DNA from: Rickettsiales bacterium
Lineage (GTDB): Bacteria; Pseudomonadota; Alphaproteobacteria; Rickettsiales; UBA998
Length of the DNA: 64,000 nucleotides
Reading direction: 5' to 3'
Assembly (NCBI GenBank): GCA_965248995.1
Contig: CBDFKY010000004.1
Coordinates: forward strand, 169,390-233,389
Made by a program: the position numbers and the translations under genes. The first letter of the stretch is position 1, and every line of letters begins with the position of its first letter. The notes beneath the pieces were generated by a model that did no database searches, was not told where the DNA came from, and saw nothing but the letters and a program-made list of their open reading frames with translations. Positions 8,410 to 18,067 of this stretch are shown piece after piece.

Positions 8410-9242
8410 TGACAGCAGCACAGACCATTAGCGTCGGTGATCTACGCATCGCCGGTCACCTGCCTTTCGTACTGATTGCCGGGCCTTGTCAGATGGAGAG
8501 CCGGGACCATGCGATGATGGTGGCTGAGCGTTTGAAAGTCATCACCGAGTCGCTCGGAATCGGACTGATTTATAAAACCTCCTTTGACAAGGCGAACCGT
8601 TCCAGCATTTCCGCGGCCCGCGGATTCGGGCTGGAGGCGGCGAAAGCGGTGTTCGCCGAAATACGTACCACGTTCGGCTGTCCGGTGTTGACGGACGTCC
8701 ATACGGAAGCGCATTGCGCCAATGTGGCCGAAGTGGTGGATATCCTGCAGATCCCCGCCTTTCTCTGCCGTCAGACGGACCTGCTGCTCGCGGCGGCGAA
8801 GACGGGCAGGGTGGTGAACGTCAAGAAAGGACAGTTCTTGGCGCCGTGGGACGTGAAAAATATCGCCGATAAACTGCGGCATGGCGGCTGCGAGCGGATC
8901 ATGCTGACCGAGCGCGGCGCATCGTTCGGGTATAATACGCTGGTAAGCGACATGCGTTCGCTTAAAATCATGGCGGACCAGACGGGATGTCCCGTCGTAT
9001 TCGATGCGACCCATTCCGTCCAGCAGCCCGGCGGCCTCGGCGGCGCATCCGGTGGCCAGCGGGAGTTCGTGCCGCTTCTGGCAAGGGCGGCGGTGGCGGT
9101 GGGAGTGGCGGCGTTGTTCATGGAAACCCATCCTGATCCCGATAACGCTCCGAGTGACGGGCCGTGCATGATTCCACTGCACGAGATGGAAGGGCTGCTT
9201 GCACAATTACAGCGGCTGGATACGGTCGCTAAAAATATTTAA
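8409..9242 (+). CDS. kdsA: 3-deoxy-8-phosphooctulonate (KDO-8-P) synthase
   Basis: 277-aa ORF with [45 protein letters not shown] and FDATHSVQ. Its start overlaps the TAXI gene stop (TAATG). Confidence 0.93.
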   Translation: MTAAQTISVGDLRIAGHLPFVLIAGPCQMESRDHAMMVAERLKVITESLGIGLIYKTSFDKANRSSISAARGFGLEAAKAVFAEIRTTFGCPVLTDVHTEAHCANVAEVVDILQIPAFLCRQTDLLLAAAKTGRVVNVKKGQFLAPWDVKNIADKLRHGGCERIMLTERGASFGYNTLVSDMRSLKIMADQTGCPVVFDATHSVQQPGGLGGASGGQREFVPLLARAAVAVGVAALFMETHPDPDNAPSDGPCMIPLHEMEGLLAQLQRLDTVAKNI

Positions 9243-9275
9243 TTCCTGTTTTTGCGTAATTCAGGCCTATTTAAA

Positions 9276-10193
9276 TCAGGCCTTGCGTAAATCAGGGAAT
9301 TTCAACACCAGGGTGGCCCAGCGGTTACGCACGATCCTCTTTTCCAGAGCCAGTCCCGCCAGCGTGTAACGCGCCAGCACGAATGCGATGTCACGCGCAT
9401 AAAAACCTGACAAAATCACTCGTCCCTGCGGGTTTAGACGATGTGCCACATGTACCGCCATATCCCGCACCGGACGGGCGAGAATATTGGCGATGATGAC
9501 GTCGTAAGGGCCGGCGCGGTTAATCGCAGGATCACGAAACCCTTCCGAGCATAAAGCTGTCGTCTGGGCCGACAGGCGATTGCGCCTGATGTTTTCCCTT
9601 GCCACGCGCACGGCGACCGCGTCGTTATCGACCGCCAGCATCCGGCAGGGCTGCAGTTTGGCGGCGGCCATGCCTAAAATCGCCGTACCGCATCCCATAT
9701 CCAGCACCCGCCGCATGGTCCGCTTTCTGGCGATGTACTCCAGTGCCAGCAGGCAACCGGACGTCGTGCCATGTTCACCGGTGCCGAACGCGGCGGCCGC
9801 GTCCAGCCGGAGCAGGATTTTTCCATGTGGTAAATCATCGTCGGTATGGTGCGATCCGAGTATCGCGAACGGCCCGATAATCTGGGGGCGAATCGCTTTT
9901 TGCGTTTCCAGCACCCAGTTTTTCTCTATCACCGGCTCCGCATGAATTTCATGGAGGGAAATGCCAGTAGCGAGTTCCACCGCCGCCAAGTCGGCGTGCA
10001 GGCGCGTCGATGCCGGTGGTTCTTCTGTATAGAGAGAAACCGTGCAGTTGCCGTCCAGCACATCCGCACCGACGCTGACGACACCGTCCAGGGATGAAAA
10101 CGCTTCCAGCAGCGCGTCGGTCACGCTTGCAGCGCGCATATGCCAGACATACAGACGAGGTGGTTGCGCGAAGGGATTATCATTCCGGATCAT
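9276..10193 (-). CDS. prmA: Ribosomal protein L11 methyltransferase
   Basis: 305-aa ORF with FGTGEHGTTSGCL, the SAM motif VLDMGCGTAILGMAA, and DVIIANIL. Confidence 0.85.
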   Translation of the reverse strand: MIRNDNPFAQPPRLYVWHMRAASVTDALLEAFSSLDGVVSVGADVLDGNCTVSLYTEEPPASTRLHADLAAVELATGISLHEIHAEPVIEKNWVLETQKAIRPQIIGPFAILGSHHTDDDLPHGKILLRLDAAAAFGTGEHGTTSGCLLALEYIARKRTMRRVLDMGCGTAILGMAAAKLQPCRMLAVDNDAVAVRVARENIRRNRLSAQTTALCSEGFRDPAINRAGPYDVIIANILARPVRDMAVHVAHRLNPQGRVILSGFYARDIAFVLARYTLAGLALEKRIVRNRWATLVLKFPDLRKA

Positions 10194-10236
10194 AAAGGGA
10201 TATTTAACATTAGAGTGCGATTCTGCAATCCTTTAG

Positions 10237-10263
10237 ATTGTCATTCCAAGAAAAAATGACAAT
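10237..10263. promoter_or_regulatory. Inverted repeat ATTGTCAT-N11-ATGACAAT upstream of ppdK
   Basis: Perfect 8-bp arms read directly in the prmA/ppdK divergent intergenic region, about 50 nt upstream of the ppdK start. It is a candidate operator. Confidence 0.3.
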
Positions 10264-10309
10264 AACATTCTATGCGACTACTGATCGAATTTGCTGAGGA
10301 GCTACGTTT

Positions 10310-13012
10310 ATGACCCCTGCCTCTACCGCCCGTATTGTTCCTGCCAATGCATCCTTGCAGTATGTCTACCGTTTCGGGGACGGGAAGGCGGAAGGAAGCG
10401 CGCAGATGAAGAATCTGCTGGGAGGCAAAGGGGCGAATCTCGCGGAAATGTCGGCGCTGGGTCTGGCAGTGCCTCCCGGGTTTACGCTCACGACGGAGGT
10501 CTGCACCACCTATTACAGTCAGCGAAAAACCCTTCCCGAAGGATTGAGGGAGCAGGTGACGGAAGGATTGTCCCATATCGAAGAAGTGGCGGGCGCGGCT
10601 TTCGGCGATGCGGCGAACCCGCTGCTGGTATCGGTGCGTTCTGGGGCGCGGGCGTCCATGCCGGGGATGATGGATACCGTACTCAATCTCGGCTTAAATG
10701 ACGCTACTGTGGAGGGGCTGGCGGCACGGACAAAGAATCCGCGTTTCGCGTATGACAGTTACCGCCGTTTCATCCAGATGTACTCGGACGTGGTCCTGGG
10801 AATCGACCATTATTATTTCGAGGAACTGCTGGAATCACTGAAACTGGATCGTGGGTACCTGCTGGATACGGAAATGGACGCGGATGATCTGCGTGAGCTG
10901 GTCTCACAGTATAAGGAGCGGGTGGAACAGACGTTCGGAGCGCCTTTTCCGCAGGACGTCCACGTGCAGCTATGGGGGGCGATTGTCGCGGTGTTCGATT
11001 CCTGGATGAACAAGCGGGCCATTACCTACCGCGAGATGAGCAATATTCCTGAGAGCTGGGGAACGGCGGTGACCGTGCAGGCGATGGTGTTCGGCAATAT
11101 GGGAGAGGATTGCGCGACCGGCGTGGCGTTCACCCGCGACCCTTCCACCGGAGAGCGCGTGTATTACGGGGAATATCTGGTCAATGCGCAGGGAGAGGAT
11201 GTGGTGGCAGGTATCCGTACCCCGCAGGCGTTGACCATTCAGGCGAAGGCTCCGGATGACGAACTGCCGTCCATGGAAGAGGTGATGCCCGATGTTTACG
11301 TTCAGCTGGTGCAGACGTTCGCCCTGCTGGAAGGGCATTACCGCGACATGCAGGACATCGAATTCACGGTGCAGAACCGCAAGTTATGGGTATTGCAGAC
11401 CCGTTCGGGCAAGCGCACGGCGGCGGCAGCGATAAAAATCGCGGTGGATATGGTGACGGAGGGGGTGATCACCCAGCGTGAAGCATTGCTCCGCGTGGAA
11501 CCGCTGATACTCGATCAGCTGCTTCATCCGACGCTCGATCCGAAGGCGCACCGTTCCGTCGTAACGAAGGGATTACCCGCTTCCCCCGGCGCGGCATCGG
11601 GACGCATCGTGTTTTCGGCGGAGGATGCCGACCATCGATTGCGGCAGGGAGAGAAGGTCCTGCTGGTTCGCCTGGAGACCAGCCCCGACGATATTCACGG
11701 CATGCATGTTTCGGAAGGTATCCTGACGGCGCGGGGCGGGATGACCTCCCATGCCGCGGTGGTGGCGCGGGGAATGGGCAAGCCCTGTGTTTCCGGGGCT
11801 TCCGCGCTGCAGATCGACTACGCCGCGAAAACGCTTCGCATCGGCTCCCACCTGTTTCAGGAAGGGGATATCATGACGATCGACGGTTCGACGGGGGAGG
11901 TGATCGCGGGAGAGATGCCGACGGTACAGCCCGACCTTTCAGGAGATTTCGCCGCGCTGATGGAATGGGCGGATGTGGTACGAACCCTGAAGATACGCGC
12001 CAATGCGGACAACTCCGATGATGCGCAGGAAGCGCGGCGCTTCGGAGCGGAAGGCATTGGCCTGTGCCGCACCGAGCATATGTTTTTTGATAAGGCAAGA
12101 ATCATTGCCATGCGCGAGATGATCGTGGCGGAAGGAAAGGAAGAGCGGGAAGCGGCGCTTGCCAAAGTGCTGCCGATGCAGCGGGAGGATTTCACCGGGT
12201 TGTTCCGGATTATGGAAGGCCTGCCGGTGACCATCCGGCTGCTCGATCCACCGCTGCATGAGTTTCTTCCCCATAGCGAGAAAGAAATGCAGGATGTGGC
12301 GAATGCGACGGGCGTCAGCTTACGCAAAGTGAAGGAACGGGCGGAGGCATTGAAGGAATCCAATCCCATGCTCGGCCATCGCGGCTGCCGGCTCGGGATT
12401 ACCTATCCGGAAATTTACGCCATGCAGGCAAGAGCGATTTTCGAAGCGGCGCTTGACGCATCGGAAGGAAAGGAAGCCCCCATTATCCCTGAGATCATGA
12501 TTCCCCTGGTGGCTACAAAAGCGGAGCTGGAGCGGATGAAACATCTGGTCGACGCCGAAGCGGCCGCCGTGTTTTCGGAAAAAGGCAAGACGCTGGACTA
12601 TCTGGTCGGTACGATGATCGAGCTGCCGCGCGCGGCGCTCCGTGCCGGTGAAATCGCCGAAGCCGCCGCGTTTTTCAGCTTCGGCACCAATGACCTGACG
12701 CAGACCACGTTCGGTATTTCACGCGACGATTCCGTCCATTTTTTCGGGCATTACAAAAAACTGGGAATTTTCGAGCAGGACCCTTTCGTCACGCTGGACG
12801 TGGACGGGGTAGGGGAATTGATCAGGATCGCCATAGAGCGAGGGAAGGCCAGCCGCCCCGGCCTCAAACTGGGCATCTGCGGGGAGCATGGAGGCGACCC
12901 TGCCTCGATCCTGTTCTGCGCGCGGATCGGTCTGGATTACGTGTCGTGTTCGCCTTATCGCGTGCCCATCGCCCGGCTGGCGGCGGCGCAGGCGGCGCTT
13001 CTGCAGGAATAA
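10310..13012 (+). CDS. ppdK: Pyruvate, phosphate dikinase
   Basis: 900-aa ORF with N-terminal LLGGKGANLAEM, the phosphohistidine region TARGGMTSHAAVVARGMGKPCV, and C-terminal GLCRTEHMF and FSFGTNDLTQ. Confidence 0.95.
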   Translation: MTPASTARIVPANASLQYVYRFGDGKAEGSAQMKNLLGGKGANLAEMSALGLAVPPGFTLTTEVCTTYYSQRKTLPEGLREQVTEGLSHIEEVAGAAFGDAANPLLVSVRSGARASMPGMMDTVLNLGLNDATVEGLAARTKNPRFAYDSYRRFIQMYSDVVLGIDHYYFEELLESLKLDRGYLLDTEMDADDLRELVSQYKERVEQTFGAPFPQDVHVQLWGAIVAVFDSWMNKRAITYREMSNIPESWGTAVTVQAMVFGNMGEDCATGVAFTRDPSTGERVYYGEYLVNAQGEDVVAGIRTPQALTIQAKAPDDELPSMEEVMPDVYVQLVQTFALLEGHYRDMQDIEFTVQNRKLWVLQTRSGKRTAAAAIKIAVDMVTEGVITQREALLRVEPLILDQLLHPTLDPKAHRSVVTKGLPASPGAASGRIVFSAEDADHRLRQGEKVLLVRLETSPDDIHGMHVSEGILTARGGMTSHAAVVARGMGKPCVSGASALQIDYAAKTLRIGSHLFQEGDIMTIDGSTGEVIAGEMPTVQPDLSGDFAALMEWADVVRTLKIRANADNSDDAQEARRFGAEGIGLCRTEHMFFDKARIIAMREMIVAEGKEEREAALAKVLPMQREDFTGLFRIMEGLPVTIRLLDPPLHEFLPHSEKEMQDVANATGVSLRKVKERAEALKESNPMLGHRGCRLGITYPEIYAMQARAIFEAALDASEGKEAPIIPEIMIPLVATKAELERMKHLVDAEAAAVFSEKGKTLDYLVGTMIELPRAALRAGEIAEAAAFFSFGTNDLTQTTFGISRDDSVHFFGHYKKLGIFEQDPFVTLDVDGVGELIRIAIERGKASRPGLKLGICGEHGGDPASILFCARIGLDYVSCSPYRVPIARLAAAQAALLQE

Positions 13013-13016
13013 GGAC

Positions 13017-13604
13017 ATGGAAGAGTTACTGTTACATATCGTTCTGAAGCTCGGATATTTCGGAATTTTCATCGCCACGTTCATCGAAAGCACTTTCGTG
13101 CCCGTGCCTTCCGAGGTGACCATGATCCCTGCAGGGATGCTGGTAGCGAAAGAGGAGATGTCTTTTCTGCCCGACCTCGCAAGTTCCACGCTCGGGGTGA
13201 TAGGCGGCTCCTGTTTCAATTTCTGGATCGGGCTCCGTTTCGGCAGAAGGTTGCTGGATCGTTACGGCAAATATATCTTCATCCAGTCCGAGTTCCTGCT
13301 TAAAACGGAACGGTTCTTCGGGAATTACGGCAAGATGGCGGTATTCGCCGGAAGGATACTGCCCGGCGTGAAACATTACATCGCGTTCGCGGCAGGCATC
13401 GCGAGAATGAAGTTTTCCCATTTCATGATCAATACCAGCGCGGGCGGGCTCGTCTGGATGTGGCTGCTGCTGGAAGTGGGGCGTATGGCGGCGAAGAACG
13501 CCGCGAATGAAAACGCCACCATCGGCGGCTTCGAAACCATTCTTATCGGAATCGTCGGAATGACGCTTGTCACCTGGATCATCAAGAAAAATGATGAAAC
13601 GTAA
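13017..13604 (+). CDS. DedA-family membrane protein
   Basis: ORF 12888..13604, with the start set at ATG 13017 (MEELLLHIVLKLGYFGIFIATFIESTFVPVPSEV), just after the ppdK stop. It has the DedA/SNARE-associated motifs F.E..F.P.PSE and GR..PGVKHYI.F.AG. Confidence 0.8.
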   Translation: MEELLLHIVLKLGYFGIFIATFIESTFVPVPSEVTMIPAGMLVAKEEMSFLPDLASSTLGVIGGSCFNFWIGLRFGRRLLDRYGKYIFIQSEFLLKTERFFGNYGKMAVFAGRILPGVKHYIAFAAGIARMKFSHFMINTSAGGLVWMWLLLEVGRMAAKNAANENATIGGFETILIGIVGMTLVTWIIKKNDET

Positions 13605-13642
13605 AGGATGACGGCGGTTTACCCAAAAAATCATCATAGCGG

Positions 13643-14461
13643 GTGCGTTTGACCAGACTTGTCGGCATTCTTAATCTTACGCCTGATTCCTTTTCGGACG
13701 GAGGGAAATATGATGCTCCTGCCGCTGCTTACGATCATGCGCAGACTTTGATCGCGCAAGGGGCGGACGTCCTGGATATCGGTGCGGAATCCACCCGTCC
13801 GCGCGCCGTGCCGATCGCACCGGAAGAGGAATGGAGCCGGTTGTCGCCGGTGCTGGCGGATATCGTGACCCTTGCCCGTCAGCATAAGATATTGGTGAGC
13901 CTCGATACGCGCCATGCGCAGACGGTCGAAAAAGCGCTTCACGCCGGGGTGGACTGGATCAACGACGTATCGGGCGGTGCATCTCCCGCCTTGTTGAAAG
14001 CGGTAGCACAAGCGGATGCAGGGTATGTCGCGACGCATTCGCTCGGCGTTCCCGCCGATCCCTCCGTCATCCTGTCTCAGGACCGACCGGCTATCGCCCA
14101 GGTGATGGAAGATCTGACGCTATTGCTTGAAAAAATGGAAAAAGCGGGTATCGGCCGCAACCGTGTCATTCTCGATGCGGGCCTTGGGTTCGGTAAAGAT
14201 GCCAGGCAGTCGTTAAGCCTGCTTTGGGATATGCCGAAACTGGCGGCTCTCGGTTGTCCGGTTCTTGTCGGACATTCGCGTAAATCCTTTTTATCGCTGA
14301 TTTCCGCAGAAACCCATGACCGGGACATATTGACCCTGCTTGCCTCCTCATACCTGATGCAGTGCGGCATGGATTACCTCCGCGTGCATGATGTGCGCTC
14401 TCATGTCACACTGCGCACAGGCTTATCGGCGCAATCCCCCGTTTTCCGTCTTTTTTCTTAG
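13643..14461 (+). CDS. folP: Dihydropteroate synthase
   Basis: 272-aa ORF (GTG start) with GILNLTPDSFSDGG, DIGAESTRP, SLDT, INDVSG and GFGK..VGHSRKSF. Confidence 0.9.
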   Translation: MRLTRLVGILNLTPDSFSDGGKYDAPAAAYDHAQTLIAQGADVLDIGAESTRPRAVPIAPEEEWSRLSPVLADIVTLARQHKILVSLDTRHAQTVEKALHAGVDWINDVSGGASPALLKAVAQADAGYVATHSLGVPADPSVILSQDRPAIAQVMEDLTLLLEKMEKAGIGRNRVILDAGLGFGKDARQSLSLLWDMPKLAALGCPVLVGHSRKSFLSLISAETHDRDILTLLASSYLMQCGMDYLRVHDVRSHVTLRTGLSAQSPVFRLFS

Positions 14462-14500
14462 GAATATGGTGCTACATTCCGTTTAATTCTCACGATAACG

Positions 14501-15760
14501 ATGTTCGGTAATGGAAGGAGTGGCGTGCTTTTCTGGTTCTGGCGACACATGTTTTTTCCTGCTTCCGCATCCGGGGACATCTCCGCTGCGCTTCCATCGC
14601 ATCATTCCGCTCCACCCATGGCGGCGGACACCGACGCGAGTGTTCGGGCCCTGTTGGATAACCGTTTTTTGCTGACGCTGGATCACGAGGGGTGGGTGCA
14701 GCGGGTGGAGGGCGTCGTTCCGCATACTTTGGATATCGAACCGGCACAGCTGGGGCGAATCAGCCTCGTTTCCCTGCTTCATGCCACGCATCGCCCGATG
14801 TTCACATTCCCTACGAAAACGATGGACGCTTCGGTGCAGAGGCGGGTGCAGCTGCGTCACCGCAGCGGTGAGTACGGGTGGTACAGCCTGACTTACCATC
14901 CTCATGCGGAGGGAGCATTAGTGGTGCTGGAACCGGTCAACAACCTCGTGGAAGCAGAGCGCAATCTCCGCAAGGCACAGGTGGAAGCGGAACACAGCAT
15001 GCGGGAGAGGGGAGAGTTCCTGCGCCATATGAGTCATGAACTCCGCACTCCCTTGAACGCCATACTCGGCTTCGCCGAGATGATGGAGCAGGGGGTGTTC
15101 GGCAGTATCGACAATGAAGTCTACAGCGAATATCTGGGACTGATCCGGGCCAGCGGGGAAGATCTGCTGACGAAAATCGTCGATCTGATGGATCTCTCCG
15201 CTATCGGCGCCCATCACGTCACGCTGCAGGAGATGGAAATGAATCTGGCGGAAGTGGTGCAGGCGGCGCTGGAGCGCCTGCAGAAAGTGGCGATCGACGC
15301 GGAAATCACCTTATCCGCGCCGGAGCTTCTGCGAACGGTTTCGTTTAAAGGTGATGCGCGTATTTTACGCAAAGCGCTCAACCACATCATCCTCAACGGT
15401 ATCGAACATACCGGTGTGGGCGGAAAAGTCGAAGTCAGCCTGCAGGAAAGAGAGGATGGAAGCTGCCGGTTATGCGTGCAGGATAACGGGCGGGGTATCC
15501 AGCCGTCGCAGTTAAAAGCGCTGCGCCATGCGCTGAAAGACGAAACCAGTCTCTACAGCCATGTCGAAGCGTATCGTCCGATGGGATTGGGGCTGACTCT
15601 GGCGAAGGAATATCTCGCGCTGCACGGTGGATATGTGGAGATCGAAACCAGTCGCCCGCGGCAGGGCACCACCGTTTCACTGGTTCTGCCTGCCGGGAGA
15701 ATCTTTTCATCATCCACACCTGCCTACGCTGAAACTCCGCACCTGCGACTTGCTACCTAA
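14501..15760 (+). CDS. Soluble sensor histidine kinase (PAS-like N-terminus, HisKA, HATPase_c); no adjacent response regulator
   Basis: 419-aa ORF with H-box FLRHMSHELRTPLNAILGF, N-box LNHIILNGIEHT, G1 DNGRGI and G2 GLGLTLAKE. The start is uncertain; MAADTD at codon 40 is possible. Confidence 0.85.
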   Translation: MFGNGRSGVLFWFWRHMFFPASASGDISAALPSHHSAPPMAADTDASVRALLDNRFLLTLDHEGWVQRVEGVVPHTLDIEPAQLGRISLVSLLHATHRPMFTFPTKTMDASVQRRVQLRHRSGEYGWYSLTYHPHAEGALVVLEPVNNLVEAERNLRKAQVEAEHSMRERGEFLRHMSHELRTPLNAILGFAEMMEQGVFGSIDNEVYSEYLGLIRASGEDLLTKIVDLMDLSAIGAHHVTLQEMEMNLAEVVQAALERLQKVAIDAEITLSAPELLRTVSFKGDARILRKALNHIILNGIEHTGVGGKVEVSLQEREDGSCRLCVQDNGRGIQPSQLKALRHALKDETSLYSHVEAYRPMGLGLTLAKEYLALHGGYVEIETSRPRQGTTVSLVLPAGRIFSSSTPAYAETPHLRLAT

Positions 15761-15763
15761 GAC

Positions 15764-17278
15764 TTGATAGTTTCTGGATTTCTGGTATTTCTGTGTCTGG
15801 ATTCTCTTGCTTACACGTCTGGAAGGTTACTCTTGTCTTCACCCTCACTGGCTAACGACATCGTTAATACGCAATATTTCAGAAATAAACTGAAAAACGT
15901 CTGTATTTCGGGAGAAGAAGTGCTGCCTATCGTTGAAGGCGGCAAAGGGATTGGCGCGACGAATGGGGTCAGCGCCGGTGCATTCGCTCTCGCAGGGGCG
16001 GTCGGAACCTTTTCCGGCGTCAATCCCGAGCGTTACGACGAAGAAGGCCATCCTATCCCTTATACATATCACGGGACGACCCGCCGGGAACGTCACGAGG
16101 AACTGGTGGCCATGAGCACCGACGGGTCCGTCCAGCAGGCGAAACTCGCTTATGAACAAGCCGGCGGAAATGGCCGTATCCATATGAACGTCCTGTGGGA
16201 AATGGGTGGGGCTGAACGGATACTGCAGGAGACGCTGGAGCGGGCGGGGCAGTATATCCACGGTATTACCTGCGGGGCGGGGATGCCTTACCGCCTCGGC
16301 GACATTGCCGCCCATTACAAAGTGTATTATCACCCGATCGTTTCCTCCATGCGGGCGTTCCGGGCATTGTGGAAACGTTCCTATTCCAAAAGCCGCGAAT
16401 GGCTGGGTGGCGTGGTGTATGAAGATCCGTGGCTGGCTGGCGGTCATAACGGCCTGTCCAACGGTGAGGATCCGAACCTGCCGCAGGATCCGTATCCCCG
16501 AGTCGCGGAAATCCGTACCTTCATGAACGAGGCAGGGTTGCAGCACGTCCCGATCATCATGGCGGGGGGGGCATGGTATCTGCGGGACTGGGAACACTGG
16601 CTGGATAATCCGGAGATCGGCGCGATCGCCTTTCAGTTCGGCACGCGCCCTCTGCTGACCCAGGAAAGTCCTATTCCGGAAGTGTGGAAGCAACGTCTCC
16701 TTACCCTGAAGCCGGGCGATGTGTTCCTGAACCGTTTCAGCCCTACCGGGTTTTATTCTTCGGCGGTCAACAATTCCTTCATTAAAGAACTGCGCGGCCG
16801 GGAAGAGCGGCAGATGCCGTTTACCACCGCTGCGGACAGCCAGCATACGGAAACGCTCCTGTTCGGTCCCCGGCAACGTTCTGTGTATGTCAGTGCCGAA
16901 GATTATGCGAGGGCACAGTGCTATCTCGGTGAAGGCTACAGCGAGTTGATGAAAACGCCCGACGAAACGATTATTTTCGTGGAACCGGAACGGGCCGGGA
17001 CCATTCATCAGGATCAGGTGGACTGCATGGGCTGCCTCAGCCATTGCCGTTTCAGCAACTGGCGCGATCATGACGATTTCACCACCGGCAAGAAAGCCGA
17101 TCCACGCAGTTTCTGTATCCAAAAAACGTTGAGGGATATCGTCCATGGTGCAAGCCTGGAGCATAACCTGATGTTTTCAGGGCATAATGCGTATAAATTC
17201 GCACAGGATCCTTTTTATCAGGGCGGGTTTATTCCGACGGTCGCGCAACTGGTCGAGCGCATTCGCAATGGTGAATAA
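15764..17278 (+). CDS. Nitronate monooxygenase / 2-nitropropane-dioxygenase-like FMN oxidoreductase, long form with a C-terminal Cys cluster
   Basis: The ORF contains LPIVEGGKGIGATNG, ITCGAGMP, VYEDPWLAGGHNG and IIMAGGAWY (TIM-barrel NMO-like), plus C-terminal DCMGCLSHC. The true start is probably internal: TTG 15833 with GGAAGG upstream, or GTG 15920. Confidence 0.65.
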   Translation: MIVSGFLVFLCLDSLAYTSGRLLLSSPSLANDIVNTQYFRNKLKNVCISGEEVLPIVEGGKGIGATNGVSAGAFALAGAVGTFSGVNPERYDEEGHPIPYTYHGTTRRERHEELVAMSTDGSVQQAKLAYEQAGGNGRIHMNVLWEMGGAERILQETLERAGQYIHGITCGAGMPYRLGDIAAHYKVYYHPIVSSMRAFRALWKRSYSKSREWLGGVVYEDPWLAGGHNGLSNGEDPNLPQDPYPRVAEIRTFMNEAGLQHVPIIMAGGAWYLRDWEHWLDNPEIGAIAFQFGTRPLLTQESPIPEVWKQRLLTLKPGDVFLNRFSPTGFYSSAVNNSFIKELRGREERQMPFTTAADSQHTETLLFGPRQRSVYVSAEDYARAQCYLGEGYSELMKTPDETIIFVEPERAGTIHQDQVDCMGCLSHCRFSNWRDHDDFTTGKKADPRSFCIQKTLRDIVHGASLEHNLMFSGHNAYKFAQDPFYQGGFIPTVAQLVERIRNGE

Positions 17279-17427
17279 GGGTTGTGGCGTTTTAGCAACG
17301 CGCATGATTGGGAGCGAAAGTTGTTTTTCCACGAAACACGCTTTCCGTCTTGCCATAACCAAGATCGTTTTTGTAATGTGCGAAAGCAGATAATCAGTTA
17401 GTTAAAAAAATACAGGGAGACTGAAGA

Positions 17428-18012
17428 ATGAAAAAAACGATAATGTCCGGCCTTACGGCGCTTTCCCTTATGGCGCTTACTTCGTACGCGAGCGCGGGCA
17501 CTGAAATCAATGACGTGGTACATGACTTTCAGGGGAACATCGTCAAGAACAGCTTCCACAACTGCGTAGTGACGAAATGGCAGAGCGGTGAATATAACTG
17601 CGGTGAGCAGCAGGAATCAGTCGAAGCGGTAAAAGACGTTGAATTCAACACGGAAATGCTGAATGTTTATTTCAATTTCAACAGCGCGGAGCTGAGCGCC
17701 TCATCTCGTGATAAACTGGATAAAGTGGTGGAACTGCTGAACAGCGCGAAGAAAGTGGAAAATATCGACATCGTCGGATATGCCGATTATCTGGGTAATA
17801 GCGATTACAACCGTAAACTTTCGGACCGCCGCGCCGAAGCTGTCCGCCATTACCTGCAATCGAGAGGATATAGCAAAACCCGGAACGTTTCCGTGGAAGC
17901 GCTCGGCGAAAGCAGACCGGTCACCAATTGCGGATCGCTCAGCGACGGCCAGTTGAAAGATTGCCTGTGGCGCGACCGCCGCGTGGAAATCAAGTTGAAC
18001 TACGCAAAGTAA
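17428..18012 (+). CDS. OmpA-family peptidoglycan-binding protein
   Basis: 194-aa ORF with a signal peptide ending SYASA-GT and the OmpA_C motifs FNFNSAELS, GYADYLGNSDYNRKLSDRRAEAVRHYL and RRVEI. Confidence 0.85.
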   Translation: MKKTIMSGLTALSLMALTSYASAGTEINDVVHDFQGNIVKNSFHNCVVTKWQSGEYNCGEQQESVEAVKDVEFNTEMLNVYFNFNSAELSASSRDKLDKVVELLNSAKKVENIDIVGYADYLGNSDYNRKLSDRRAEAVRHYLQSRGYSKTRNVSVEALGESRPVTNCGSLSDGQLKDCLWRDRRVEIKLNYAK

Positions 18013-18036
18013 TCAACCTTCAGTGGGATAATTCAA

Positions 18037-18067
18037 GAAGGGGGCATCATGCCCCCTTCTGCTTTTT
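18037..18067 (+). terminator. Rho-independent terminator after the OmpA-family gene
   Basis: GC-rich hairpin GAAGGGGGC-atcat-GCCCCCTTC followed by a TGCTTTTTG run, read directly. Confidence 0.7.

Noticed and set aside
15845-17164. 439-aa ORF on the minus strand, the longest unassigned ORF in the track
   Set aside because: It is entirely antisense to the NMO-like gene. Its product is Arg/Pro/Gly-rich with no motifs, which is typical of a shadow ORF in a GC-rich gene.
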